NCBI GenBank assembly: GCA_048213135.1
Contig: PS015062.1
Span: 1-64,000 of the forward strand
Length of the DNA: 64,000 nucleotides
DNA from: Reclinomonas americana ATCC 50394
Lineage: Eukaryota
Direction of reading: 5' to 3'
In this document: positions 40,112 through 53,447 of the stretch, one piece after another
Layout: each line of letters opens with the position of its first letter
Position numbering within the stretch: the first letter of the stretch is position 1
The notes under the pieces: generated by a model
The model's input: the letters and a program-made list of their open reading frames with translations, nothing else
What the model was told of the DNA's origin: nothing
Databases searched by the model: none
Position numbers and translations under genes: made by a program

Positions 40112-42216
40112 ATGTCACTTGATCGCCTCCACGAGCTGTTCTCACTGATAGAAAAGGAGTTCTTGCAGCTGGAACGCGAGAATCAAGAACGTTGCGCACA
40201 CACGCACACACTCACACTCACACACACTCTCTCTCACACACGCTCACAGTCCGCGCGCGACTTGACACGCAACAAGCGTCAAGTGCGCTCTTTGGAGGCT
40301 CCAGTGCGACGAATGAGAAGATTGCATTGATGATGGGCGGAGCAGCAATGCAAGACAGAGGTGTTATGGTGATTGGAGGAGTGAGTGGAGGAGGTGCCAG
40401 TGTGACAGGAGGAGGAGGAGGAGGCGGAGGAGGAGGAGCAGCAGGTAGTGCTGGTGCTGTCTCTGTTGGAGGAGGAGGAGGCAGTGTGAGTGGTGCTGTT
40501 GGAGGAGGTGTGGTGGCCGGAGGAGGCGATCGAGGAGTGATGGGATCGCGACTGGTGACGACGGTGCCTGATCCGCGAAAGAGTTGCGTCAGTGAGCGAC
40601 ATAGGCGAGAGTGGGAGAGGAAGACGAGAGCTAATGCGCTTGTCTGATGCAGTGTCGCGATTGCGCGAGTACAAGGAGAAGGTGCGATGCGTGGACGTGC
40701 TTTTGTTTAACACTCACTGATTGAGCTGTTGTTGTTCGTGGTGGTAGTTCTTGAATGCGGTGCGCGGGTTGACGTCGCAGTCGGCCAGTGAGCTGTGGCG
40801 GGTGAAGCGGGCGCTGGAGGGGCACACGGATGCGGTGACTGATGTGACGGTCAGCGATTGGGCTGCGGCGGCGACGCCGGTGGCCGCCTCCAGCTCGTAT
40901 GGTGCATGTGTGCTCTTTCTTTGTAGCCTTTGCTGGCACTCTGCCTCACTTTGCGTTGCGTGGCAGACGGTACGGCGCGAGTGTGGCTGCTGGAGATTGA
41001 TGCGGCAGTGTGTGTGTATCGAGGTCATGTGGGCGCGGTCAATGCCGTGCGATGCCATCCGCGAGAGAATTTGCTGTGCACGGCCAGTGGTGATGGCACG
41101 GCGCACATCTGGAAGACGCCGAACATTGATTCGCCGGCCAACTCGGAGGTGCTCGGTGGCAATCGGCGCAGTGTCGACGAGGGGCTCGACACGGAGGACA
41201 TTTTGATGCGACGAAGCATGGAGGGATTTTGTGCGTCGTGTCTCTCCCCCCGCAGCACCCTTTGTCGAGGTATCTCACGTGTGGTCTCGCCTGTTGCAGC
41301 GGCATTTTCATCCGAGGTGCTGACCATGCCGCTGGTGTCGCTCGATGCACGCTCTGGCGTGTTGAGCGCGGCCGAGTGGATTTCCACGACCAACCATGTC
41401 ACCACGGGTTCGTGGAGTGGCGCTGTGCAGGTGTGGGACTTGCAGCGGAATCGAGTCGTGCCGGTGGAGACGCTGGAGGCACACGACGACCGCGTCACCG
41501 ATTTGTCGGCCGGCCCCGAGGGTAGCTCGTCGCTGGTGACCTCGTCGGCCGACGGCACCTTCAAAGTGTGGGATCTGCGCTCCTCCACGCCTCTCATCCA
41601 CACCTTTACCGGTCACTCGGGTTCCGTCAACAAGGCCGCCTTTGTGGGACCGGGAGTGACGACGCTTGTCAGTGCCAGCGACGACAAGACGCTCAAGGTT
41701 TACTGTGCAGTGCTCTTGAGGACGATGCGTGTTGTTCTGCTTCCACTCACACCATGTGTTGTCGCAGTTCTGGGATCTGCGCAACTGGAGACACCACACC
41801 AACAGCTTCAACTGTCGCGCCGGTGTCAACAGGTGACCTATGTTAAGGGGTTGTCATTGCATGGCTTGTCGTCGTGCTCACCGACTTCTGCCCCCCACCC
41901 CCCCCCCCCCCCGCCAGATTCTCTGTGTCATCGGTACACAACCACATTGCGGCACCGACCGACGTAGGCAAGGTGTATCTGCTGGATGCAGCGGGCTCGC
42001 TGATCAGCACTCTCGATGGCAAATCGGTGGTGCGCACTGACTGTGAACTCCGCGTGAATACAATCCCACTCCCGACTCACCCTCTCACCACCCCTCGCAC
42101 AGAACCAAAAACTGATGGTCAGCAAGGCGCAGTGGTCGACCGATGGACTGGAGGTGTTCACCGGTGGCCTGAATCGCTCCGTCATGTCGTGGGAGTTTGA
42201 CAAGATGAGAACATGA
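40112..42216 (+). CDS. WDR37: WD-repeat protein 37-like, 9 exons
   Basis: N-terminal LHELFSLIEKEFLQLERENQELR coiled motif typical of WDR37; YRGHVGAVNAVRCHP, TASGDGTAHIW, VTSSADGTFKVWD, FTGHSGSV. Confidence 0.82.
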
Positions 42217-42480
42217 TTGCGGTCTCACTGACTGCATGCCGTAATGTACAACTACAAAACACGTTTGATTTTCTTTTAAACACTGAACGTGCATGCACTC
42301 ACTGCGGGGGAAGATTACTTGCTAAAGACAATGCCGGTGCGGTGCGAAAGTCGGGGGGAAAAAAGGGAGAGAAAGGAAACACACACGAGAAACAAAACAA
42401 TAAGACACGCATGCACCGCAATCAGCAGGCCAATGGTGTGCACGTTTGACATTTTTCTTTTCTTCGACCTGTGGCCTGAT

Positions 42481-43660
42481 TCAGAGGCGCTTGTCGTACA
42501 GGAAGTTTTGCATTGCCTGTTGCACACAAGAGAGTCAGCGCCACCACTTTGGCAGAGCTCATCGCGCACTCCACTCACCGGATTGCCACGATCGGAGCGC
42601 GCACGCAGCCGATTGTACTCCTCCGCATTCTTTGCCCGCTCACCAGCCGCCTCACGGAGCGCCTGCTCGTACTGCTCGCGCTCCAGACGCTTGTTCACGA
42701 ATGCCTCGTCAGTGGAGGCCGCCAGCCCGCCACCATGTCGGTACTGGAACACATCACGATGCGAGTGCGTCTTGTGATCAAACGGCCGCAGACCCGGCGG
42801 CACCACCTGCTTATCAGCCTGCGCTCGATCCACACGGCCTCCCAGATACACCGGCTCCGCCACACTGCTCGCCGCCTCGGTGTAATCCCCGCCAATCTCC
42901 TGCGCCCGTCGAATGCCACTGTGATACAAATGCGTCATGTCTTCCTCCGACTCATGCCACGGCTTGCGCTCCGCCGTGCGCCCCAGACGCGGTATCGGCT
43001 GCGTCTCCTCCACCGGGCCCGACTGCACAATCGGGTTGCGCGACAATTGCTGCTGCGCGGACGCCGGTCGCCTTGTCGGCCGCTCATATGTCGCCGATTC
43101 AGCCGGCACAATCGTCCTCTTGGCCGGGCGGTCCACGTTCTACACACACATATATATAGAGTCAGCAAGACACTTATACACTCGCACACGCGCGCATATG
43201 AACACACCAGTGCGTTGGTTGTCATGCCGGCACGCGAGTCATCAAGATCCGGTCGCGCCTTCTTCTGTCGCACTGCGGGCGCATCGGCCGCAGCAAACTC
43301 ATAGTAGCCTGGCACCATGCGCTTGCTTGCTCGTGGACTCTGCACACATACACGCGAGTCAGAGACAGACTGAGAGAGAGGGGGGGGGGAGAGAGACTGA
43401 CCACTGGAGCATCGCCTTCTGTGATCGGATTCCGCGACGCTGTATGCGCGTAGCCTCGACGCGCGGTGGCCGGGCGCTCTGCGGGACCAGGACTCGCCAC
43501 AAACGTCGCCTGTGAGGTGCTCTGCATTGGTGCGTCGCTGCTCACACACACAAAGAGAGAGAGCGTTTAGAGACATGTGATGACTGTGTGAGATGAAGCA
43601 GACTGACCGTTGATAGACTGGCGGTTCTGCCACTGGATGCAAGATGCGTGCGCCGTACAT
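42481..43660 (-). CDS. Hypothetical protein (5 exons) with repeated SRNPI motif
   Basis: MYGARILHPVAEPPVYQR|D...ASRNPITEG...LSRNPIVQS...RGNP|AMQNFLYDKRL*; all junctions GT-AG in frame. Confidence 0.65.
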
Positions 43661-43795
43661 GGTCGAGTGTGTGCGTGTGTGAGAGGCAGAAAAGGTGGAC
43701 TTTTCTCGCAAAACGCGTGCAAGTACGATGATGAACGGCCGCCAATTCACGCGCCAATTGGTGTGACTCGTGTGCTGTGTGCGTCAAGACAGAGA

Positions 43796-44162
43796 ATGTT
43801 TGTGCGTGTGTTGGGTCGCATGGATGCAGAGGCCGCCACGCGCGCGCTGCGGTGAGACAATGAGAGAACGAGCGTGTGTGCGCGCGCGTGACATGTCATC
43901 ACTCACTCTCTTCTCTCACTTGCGCAGGAGAAAAATGGTGATGGATGGGCTTGTGAAGGCGGCCAAGATGCACGAGCGACACGAGACTCCGTCGGAGGCC
44001 AAGGTGCGCGTGGGCAAGGAGCAGGCGTCGCGTGCAATCAAGCGCGAGATCAAGGAGCGACTCAAGTGGGTCATGCTCAAGAAGAAGAGGTGCGTTTTTT
44101 CTGTGCATGTGTGTGAGTGACAGAGTTTGTCGCTTACACTGTGTGTTCACAGGGGATTCTAA
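43796..44162 (+). CDS. MRPS21: Mitochondrial ribosomal protein S21 (bS21m), 3 exons; not recovered intact in the ORF track
   Basis: MFVRVLGRMDAEAATRALR|RKMVMDGLVKAAKMHERHETPSEAKVR...LKWVMLKKKR|GF*; bS21 pattern V.V...E.A.R.L.RK...G...K...E.P.E. Confidence 0.75.
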
Positions 44163-44325
44163 TCCATGTAGAGACGAGGCGAGGAAAGAGAGTGATGTGG
44201 TGGAGGAATGCAGCGCTGAGAATCATCGGTTTGCATTTCATTTTTTCTTTGTAAGAAGGCGATCAAGGGAGGGAACAAGAGGCGAGCAGCGGCAAGTGCG
44301 CAGGTGGTGATCGATCGGCGATTCT

Positions 44326-47300
44326 TTAGCGGCCCGGGCAGAAGTGCTGCACCAGCAGCTTGAGGCCCTGCAGCCACTCCTTGTGCGCGTTCCAGAATTT
44401 CTTGATCATGTCTTGCAGCATGGGGCCGGCGGCGGCATTGTTCTGGAACACGGCTGTGTGTGTTGCAATGGATGAGTGTCTGCGTGTGTACGGGGCGTGC
44501 TTCGTGGAGTGCGCAAACCAACCATCGAGGAGGAAGCTGAGGTGGTCGGCGACGGCGTCTTCGATCTTGTTCTTGCGGCACATGGTCTCGAACACTTGCA
44601 CACCCTTGGTGCTGCGCTCGCGACGTTGCTTCTCGGACTGTGCGCGTCGTCGTGGTGGTGATGTTTAGGAACGGTGCAGTGCAGAGAGAAGACAATGGCG
44701 TATCACAAACCTCGGGCAAGGCCTGAATCAGACTGTTGAACTTGTCGAGCAACGGCTGCAGCTTCTCCGGCACATCACCCAGCGGCTCCGGCTCGGGAGT
44801 AGGCGGCTTTTGTGGTGGAGCATTCTTCTGCAATGGCACACACAACAAAGAGTGAGCACAAACACACACACACACATACTGCACGCTTCCTTCCCACACA
44901 CAAACCTCGGGACCGGTGCCAGGCGCGCCCGGCATCAGCGGGGTGATACCGAGGGGTGCAATCGGCGTCGGAGTCATGATGCCCACGGGGCCCGAGGGTC
45001 CAATTGGGCGCTGCATGTTCGGCGGCACGCCAGGGTTGAAGACAGCCGGCTGCGGCTGCTGCGGGCGCCCAGGTGCACCAGGGGCTCCGGGTGGTGCGGC
45101 AGCGCTGACTGGCACAGGCGCAGCTGAACCGGAGGCGGGGTACTGACGAGGAGTGCCCACACTGATTCCAGTCGACGCCATTGCACTCGACTGAGTCGCC
45201 GTCGCCTGTGGTGGCTGCGGCTGCCCCGGTTGTCCGGGGTACGGACGTGCCTGCTGCATGCCGGCCGCATTGGGTGCGGCAGGAGCAAAGGCACCCGGCT
45301 GACCAGGTGCTCCCTGTGGGCGCATGCCAGGCGGTCCTTGTTGTTGTTGCTGCTGCTGCTGCTGCTGTGGCTGCTGCGGCTGCTGCTGTGTGCCTGGTGG
45401 TGCGGGGCGAGCGGCAAACGACGGTTGCGGCTGACCAGGACGAAGAGGCTGACCCGGTTGCTGCATCTGACCCATCTGCTGTTGCTGACCCATCTGCTGC
45501 ATCTGGCCCATCTGCGGCTGCTGCGGGTGGCCCATTTGCTGAGGATGGCCCATTTGTTGAGGCTGGCCAGGCTGGCGCATCATGCCACCCTGCTGCGGGG
45601 CCATCTGCGGCTGCATCGGGTAGCCCTGCTGCGGACGACCAGGCTGCTGAGGCATGAATCCCTGCTGTGGGTGTTGCGGGTGTTGTGGTTGCTGCGGATT
45701 CGGCTGCTGGGGCGGTGCCTGCTGCTGCTGCTGCTGCTGGGCGACGGCGGCCGCCTGGGCATTGCGCATCGGCTTCTTCATCTCCTGAGCAAACGGATCG
45801 TCATCATCCTCCTCCACTGCACTGCTCTGCACCGGCGATCCGGCTTCGATGGCTGGTGTCTGTCGCGTCGGGTTGGGACGGACTGCGCACAGGAGTATTG
45901 ACGGTGAGAAAAACGGCAAAACAACTACGGAGTGGATCTTTCTGTTGACACAAGGCACGCAACCAGAGTGCGATCCTCGGCTCTCCTTGACGTCGAGGAT
46001 GCTGAATGGCATTCCCGGATCGGAAATGTTGGGCGGGCATCCAGCGGCCACATACAGGCGGTGGCGCAGCGTGCGAATGACCTTGTTGTCTCCCTGCGAT
46101 TCGCGGTGGTCGGTAAGTTCACGCGTCTCAAACCAATCACAGTCGCATGCGCGTGCTACACACCTTGAGGTGCGACAAAATCTGCAGGGCAGCCGTCAGC
46201 TCGCCCTCCATGGCCAGCATGTCACCGTACTGGTGGAACACGCGCATGTACAGGTCGCTGGTGGCCGGTCGTGAGGTGGCCTGCGACATGGCCGTCAACT
46301 TCTCCACCACCGACTGAAGCATGGCCGACGAGCGCAGCGATGCGGCGTTGCTGCCCGACACCCAGTGCTTGACGGCGGCATCGACGTTGCCGGCGAGGAT
46401 GTGGCACAGGGCAGCGGAGGTGGAGTCACCGCCCTCATTCTCCAACCGCGTACCCAGACGGTCTGTTACAGCGTGATGAGAAAAGGCAACTACCAAGAGA
46501 GCACGTGAGCACGCAACTGCACAGCGTCATAAACTGTCGTGTGTCGGCGTACGTGTTGAGCATGGCAATCGTCTCGCGCCAGTCATCGAGACCCGACTCG
46601 TCGACCAGCTGCGTAAAGTCACTCTTGGCAATGGCGACGGCCGGCTGGTGGTAGGCCTTGGCCAGACCAGCGCGCGCACGACGTGCCAGGAACTCATCGC
46701 ATGTGCGACGGAACAACTCGCCACCGCCAGTGTGCGCCAGCAGCAGAGCATCGTCCTGTGATTGCCACTTCAGTCACCAACAGACAGTTGTGTGCCAATA
46801 AAAACAAGCACTCACCAGTCGGTTGGCACTCAGAGCGACTTGCACGGCACTGCCGTAGTCGCCAATGAGCACGGCGTTCTGGATGAGGCGATCGACCTCC
46901 TCGCTGTCGTCGTACTGCCAGGCGGCTGACATGTCGCGACCCGACAGCGTCGCGTTCTCCAGATCCTGCTTGATGCGGCGAGTGTCGAGTCCCAGAGTGG
47001 TCAGCAACTCATCCTTCTGCGTGGCGCTGTCGCCGAGCCACAGCAGCCGCAGGAACTTCCACTCCGCGGCCTCGTTCGGGTCACGCTCTGAACGCGCACG
47101 CTGCTCGACCCATGATCGTGTGTCATCACGTTCGAGCGTCGTCTGCAACGCCTTGGCCCGACGAACAAACTCGGGCTCGGTCGACGTCTTGGCGATCTGC
47201 AAGCGACGTGGGTGTGAGTTATCCACAGCGTGACTGTGTGAGTGCGAGTGCTACAGTACCTTGACGACGCTGCCGCCGGCAGCATTGAAGGTCACGAAGC

Positions 47301-49253
47301 GATTGCCGAATCCAAACGACACACCGCATGGACATTGGAGCCACTTGGGTGCGCGGTGCTTGTGGGTCGACGAGGAGTCTTGCACATCGTGCAGCGAGTA
47401 GATTCGAATCTGTTCCCGAGTCACACGTCAGTGGTGACAGACAAGGGAAGGAGGGAAACTGCAATAGAGTGCACCTTGCCATCGTAGGACGACGTTGACA
47501 GCACGGCCGACACACGCGGCGACCATTGCACATTGTAGACCCACTCGGAGCAGTGCTCCAGCTCACACAACACCTCGCCGGTCTCGGGGTCCCAGCACAG
47601 AGTGCGATTGTCCTTGCCGCACGACAGCAGCAGCGACGAATCGTGCGGGCACCACGACAGCGACAGCACGCCGGCCGTGTGCTTGGTGAACTCCTCCACC
47701 GGGGCCACGGTGCGCTTCAGATCCCACGTCTGCACCACAGGCGATGTATCATCGCCCGACGCCACTGCCAGCTTGGTGGCCTGCACGAATCAAAGCATAT
47801 GAGTCGCGTGCAGCAAACACGAGCGAGAGAAAAAAAGAGCCACACCTCCTCAGGGTTCCATGCCAGCGCCGTGACGGCGTGCTTGACGTTGAAGGTGGTC
47901 ACCGTCTTCTTCTTCTTGAGGTCCCACACCACGACCAAGCCGTTGGACGAGGCCGTCGCCAGAATCTGCTGGTACTTGCGGTTCCACGCCAGCGCCGTGA
48001 TCTCACCGCCACCGGGCGAGTGCGGGTTCTTGGGAGCCGGAGGGAACACGCTGGGGTTGGACGGGTTCTCAATGTTCCAGATAAACACCTCGCCATCGCT
48101 GCCACCCGAGGCCAGCAGCTGCGGCTGCACCGGGTTGAACTCGAGGCACTTGACCGAGCCCGTGTGCTTGCACAGCGACGCCACATAGCCGAGGTTCTCC
48201 TCGCCACTCTCACTGTGCACGCAAGAGAAAAACGAATTTGAGATCCCACTGGCCTGACGCTCAACAACGGCCCACGCACACACACATGCTGTGGATGCGC
48301 ACGTCGTGGTGGCAACATGCACACACACGCAGACAGACAGACAACGTGTGGGGCTGGACATGGCGCGAAACTGGCATGGCCATCGCGCACGCTCTCTCTA
48401 GTCTCTTCCCCGCCCATCACTCACCCTGTGATGATCTCCTCGACGTTCCACAGCCCAATGCTGCCGTCCTCGAAGCCACCAGCAAGCAAGCCCGCAGAGA
48501 ACTGGGCGGCCTGGGAGGGCGCGACATTGCCCCAAGCCAAGGCGGTGAAGCGCTCAGGCACGTTGGTGGAGCCGACGACAGGCAGACCACTGTGCTGCCC
48601 GCTGCTGCCACCACTGCTGCCACCAAAGAGCGACGAGGCAGAGGAGGCCGACGAGGAGCCACCAGCTGCACTGCGCTTGCGAGCGGCAGTGGAGGGGCCG
48701 ACGGACGAGTCGCCGCCAGTGCTGCTGTGTGCGCCACCGAATGCATCGTCGATGGACGAGGAGCGGCCGCGCGGGTCAGAGTGCGCTGCAACGTCCACGC
48801 GGAAGATCTGGCACACAGACACAGAGAGAGAGTGAGCATGACGCGTGACAACATCATCATCATCATCAGCGTGCGCAGTGTCGTGCAAGCGTGTGTGCAA
48901 GCGTGATGATTGAGGAGTGAGACAGAGTGGAGTGTGGTAAGCACGCCACACGTGTAAGTGCACACTACTGGCGAGTGTGAGAGTGCCACGCGTCTTCTTC
49001 TCACGCCACTCACGCCCAACAATCGCACCACGCGCACATGCACTAGACAACACACGTGCGCCTGTTGAACATGCAAGTGGCCACTGGGGACAACTCTCCC
49101 TCTGTGTCAACCATTTCGCACCTCCAACTTGGCGCCTGTGGCAAAATCATCGTCAATGGTGCCGGCCAACGACGACGACGCAAACAACTGCGAGTGATTC
49201 GGCAGCGGCGACCACGACACGAGCGCAATGCGCTCAATCTCTTTGAGTTTCAT
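44326..49253 (-). CDS. SEC31: COPII coat protein Sec31 (WD40 + ACE1 + Pro/Gln-rich + C-terminal domain), about 16 exons
   Basis: MKLKEIERIALVSWSP, GGFEDGSIGLW, LEFNPVQPQLLASG, WNRKYQQILA, HTAGVLSLSWCPHD..LLLSCGKDNR, APKWL, FGFGNR, WRETIA. Confidence 0.95.
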
Positions 49254-49537
49254 GTGCACACCTGCACACACACACACACGCAAGAAGACGCGTGCACACA
49301 CACACGTGTCAGTGAAATGCAACATGATGATCGACACACACACACAGTGCACAAGCGAGCAGTGGCGAGACACAGAGTGCGACTGACCTCTGCTTCAGAC
49401 ACGTGTGTGTATGCGCGTGCGCAGAGTTCTTTGTGTTTTTTTCGTTGCGATGGGACAGATGAAAATCTGAACGGTCTGCGCGAGCAGCATCGCATTTGTA
49501 CCAGCTGCACACTGACAACGAAGCGCGCAAAGGAGCT

Positions 49538-52500
49538 ATGCCTGCGTCCTCCTTTGTGGAGTACGAGAAGGAGAACAACCCGCTGTTGCTCTCGATCCAG
49601 TCGAAACCATTCGCGGACATTCTCGCCTTGTGCGCCAAGCAGGTCTGTCAGTGTGTGTTTGCGCATATGCTGATCAAAGTGAGTGACTTTGACGAGAGCG
49701 CGCAGTCGTGTACGGTGATTGTGCCGCAGTCGGTGCAACTGGAGCAGTACACGGGAGCAGATGGGCTTGTGGGTCGCGACTTGGTGCACGCGCATGTGGT
49801 CGTATGCAGTCGCGACTGTCGCTTCGTGTCGCTCAATGGTCTGCGCGGGCGCTTCACCGAGTCGATCGACAGCTTGCGAGTTGCGCGCGATCGAGTCGTC
49901 CCTGCGTGCGCGTGAGTGTGTGTAATGTTGAGCGTTGACAGGTGTTTGAGGGTCCGCCGGAGGGGCAGCGGCTGGTGCGCTTCTTCAATGATTTTCATTC
50001 GCGCTTTGACGATTTCACGCCGCAAGAGCTGGATCCGGACACGTGGGAGATGGCGCCCGGAGTCACCGCCAGCCCGGCCGAGAAGATCCATATTCTCCGG
50101 GTGACCGAGGTCACGCTGCAGAGCTCGACGGTGTGTGTTCGCTTTTCCTGTTGCTTCCTCTCATCTACATCTGACACTTGACAAGCGCAGGATCCGGCAT
50201 TGTCGGTACGAGTGCCGATGATCATCACCGCCAATGTGCTGTGGACGCCGACTGCGACTGCGCCCACGTCCTCCAGCACTGCCGTCACCACCACCACGAC
50301 GCAGTCGACATCCGGTGCCAGCTCACCAGCGGCTGCGGGGGCGGCGCAGTCGGCCATGGCCTCGTTCATGCGCGGTCGCATCAAGGATCTGTTGGAGACC
50401 TATTCACCTCCGCTCAGCGGTGAGTGTGGTGGGGAGAGAAACATGGACGATCGCAGGTTGCTGATCTCGTTCGTGCAGAGAGTGGACTGTTCTCGTCGGC
50501 GGATGCTGCCGGTGCAATGGAACCCGACGCCGACGACGACTCGATGATGAGCTCGATGCGCGATCGATCGTTCTCGGTGGACTCGTCGCAGCTGATGACG
50601 CCGCGGGACCACTCCTCCGGCGACACACTGGCACTCTCCATCTCACCGACGGCCGCCGGCAACTCTGCAGTGCTACCGTCGTCGGCATCATCGTCGGCCG
50701 CCACGTCGGTCCACACCTCGCCACAAGCGGCCGACGACGCAAGTGGCCGCCACGCTGGCACAGCTGGTGCTGCTGCTGCTGCGCCGCGCAAAACCAACTT
50801 TCAGTACTTTCGTCTGGATGCACTGACGCATCGGGCTGCCGCACCGCTGGTGCAACGCATCTTTGCCTTCCTGCAAGCGACACGAGCGCAGCCTCTGCGT
50901 GATCTGGAGGAGTGCATTCACGATTTCGTCGACGACATCACCGACAAGTTTGTCAGTGTGCATGAACTCGTACAGCAGCTGTTGCGTGGGGAGGAAAGGC
51001 CGCACAGGAGTGTGTGTGTGTGTACGGTCGCTCACCCTGTGAAATCAGGCATTTGGACGAAGAGGATGCGCGAGACGAAGATCTGGTGCGAGAGCGTGTG
51101 CAGGAGAATGTCGAGCGTCTGCTGATGACCAAGTTGTATCAGCGGTGAGTGGCGCACTCCACAAGCGCGTGTGCCGTGTGCCTCGATCTGACTTTACGTG
51201 TCGCAGTGTGTTCAACCGCGATGCCGATGCACACGAAGAGGACGCGGCATTCGACCGCCGAATACAGCAGCTGCAGTTCTTGACGCCGGAAAACCTCGAC
51301 CTCGACGCGTCCATTGTGTCTGACAAGTCGTGGGAGCGTGCGCGTGAGGAGTTGCAAAAGGTGGGGCGCTACAAGGCACCCCGTGACAAGGTCGTGTGCG
51401 TCGTCAATGCGTGCAAGTTTCTCTTTTGTTGCGTGCATTGTGACAACGTGTCTGAATCGAGTCGCACACTCACTTTCTATTGTTGTTGTTGTTGTTGTCT
51501 GTGCAGCCGCCCTGTCGCGTCTGTCGACCAAGGGTGGTGGCATCTCGGCCGACGAGTTTTTCCCGTCGCTCATCTATTTGATACTGGAGAGCCAGGTGCC
51601 ACACCTGCTGGCCAACATGCGCTACATCACCACCTTTCGCCACCCGACTCGCCTGACGGCCGAGAACGCCTACTACATGACCAACTTGGAGAGTGCGATC
51701 TGCTTCCTCCAGAATCTCGACGCGTCACAGTTGTCGGTGGATCCCGAAGAGTTTCACAGGTGCGTGTGCGACGGCGAGGCGTGCGGCCCACCGGCACTCC
51801 TCGTCTCTCATGCCTCTCGCTTGCAGGCACGTGAGCAGTGACGAGCGACTGGAAGAACCGCTGCCGTCGTTGCCGCAAATGTTGCCACTGAGAAACAAGC
51901 ACGTGGATGGCGGTGATCTGCAGGCACCGATGACAGTGTCGTCCTCGGCAGCACATGAGGGTGCGAGTGGAGGAGGAGCACAGGCCGACGACGTCTACGA
52001 CATGTTCGCGCTGCCGGCGCAGCTGGAGAAGAGATTACGAAGGCACGGTAAGAGGCAGGCAGGTGACGATGGCGACTCGGACGACGATGCAGAGGAGGAG
52101 GCGAGGGCGCGGTCGGCGCGAGTGCGCGAGGCCACCGACACGTTGCTGCGTGAGCTGCGACACGAGCAAGACTTGGAGATGCAGTTCCGCTTTGGCGGGG
52201 TGCGCGATGCTGACGAACTGCGCCTCGGTGATGTGCATGCGCTGTTGGCTGAAGTTGCGTTTCGAGATGAGGTGAAGGAGGAGAAGCGGTGGAGCTGTGT
52301 CTCATGTGCGTGTGTTGGTGCTTCCGGCAGTACCACATCCTGCTCGAGTTTCGCGAGCGTGTGCTGCAGAACGCGCTGGCCATTCAGTTGGAGTGCGCCA
52401 AAGTGGAGCCTGGCCAAGTCGTCTCGGTGGACTCGACGCCCATCTGCTCGCCCAACGGAGTGTCACCGCCACCACTGCCACCGGCACCGGCGGCTGCGGC

Positions 52501-52666
52501 AGGGAACGACGCGTCGGCCAGCGAAGTGGCGCGGCTGCGACAGGAGCTGGATGATGCCAGGCGCCTCCTGTCGCAGGCGGAGAAGTCATCGGCTGCTGCG
52601 CCACTGGGCGGCGAGGTAGCGGAGGAGAAGGAGGTGGCTGACTCGAAGGGCGACGACGAGGAGTAG
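49538..52666 (+). CDS. VPS9-domain Rab GEF with VARP/ANKRD27-like N-terminus (about 12 exons)
   Basis: NVERLLMTKLY, LQFLTPENLDL, YKAPRDKVVCVVN, ISADEFFPSLIYLIL, LLANMRYI..F, YYMTNLESAICFL. Confidence 0.85.
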
Positions 52667-52876
52667 CGGAGCGCGAGAGAGAACTCCCATTGGAGAGTGC
52701 CACAGCAGGTGCTGGCGACGACTGAGCTGTCGCGGTCTTGAGAGAGAAGGCGCCCTGTTGGCACACCACCACACCATCACCATCGAGTGCAATCGCCTCG
52801 CAGGTGCTGAATAACACATGGACAGTGACAGCAATGTACTCGTTCCATTCTTTTCACCAGCATGCACACACAACGC

Positions 52877-53256
52877 TCACTCCGCAGGCGCCTTCAGCAA
52901 CAAAACCTCCACATTGTCGTGCACAGGCGACAGCAGCATTTGACCCTGCAGCAGCACATGGGCATCAGAAGAACAAGCATGCATTCCCCTCCAACAACAC
53001 ACAAACCTCAAACTGCACATGCCCAAGTCGCTTGGCCGCTCGCAACGTGCCCACTAGTGCCTCAAAACGATTCGCAACGGCCTACAACACACACACGCAC
53101 GTGAGATAACGCACTCAATCACAGAGACAGACAGTGTTGCGCAACATCATCGCGGAAGAGAACGCCAAACGGCACAACGTACTGCCCCTCGCCGCGAGGA
53201 GTGCCCAACCGCACAATCTCCTTGAGCAGATCCTGAACCTCGGCCTCCACGTCCAT
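52877..53256 (-). CDS. ABRACL: Costars/ABRA C-terminal-like protein, 3 exons; absent from the ORF track
   Basis: MDVEAEVQDLLKEIVRLG...VPFGVLFRDD|AVANRFEALVGTLRAAKRLGHVQFE|GQMLLSPVHDNVEV. Confidence 0.92.
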
Positions 53257-53447
53257 CTTTAAAACTCACTCAGCAGGACTTTGTGAAGGCGCATGCTCTT
53301 CTATATCGCCAATCATGACGTCGTTTCCACCGGAAGAAGTGCGCGGATAGAGAGGTTAAGCAACTGCATCGTTTGCTGCGTTGCTTTGACCGCTACCAGC
53401 TTTGCTCGACGTGCAGGACGACTGCATCTTCGTTTTGTTGTGCCCCA

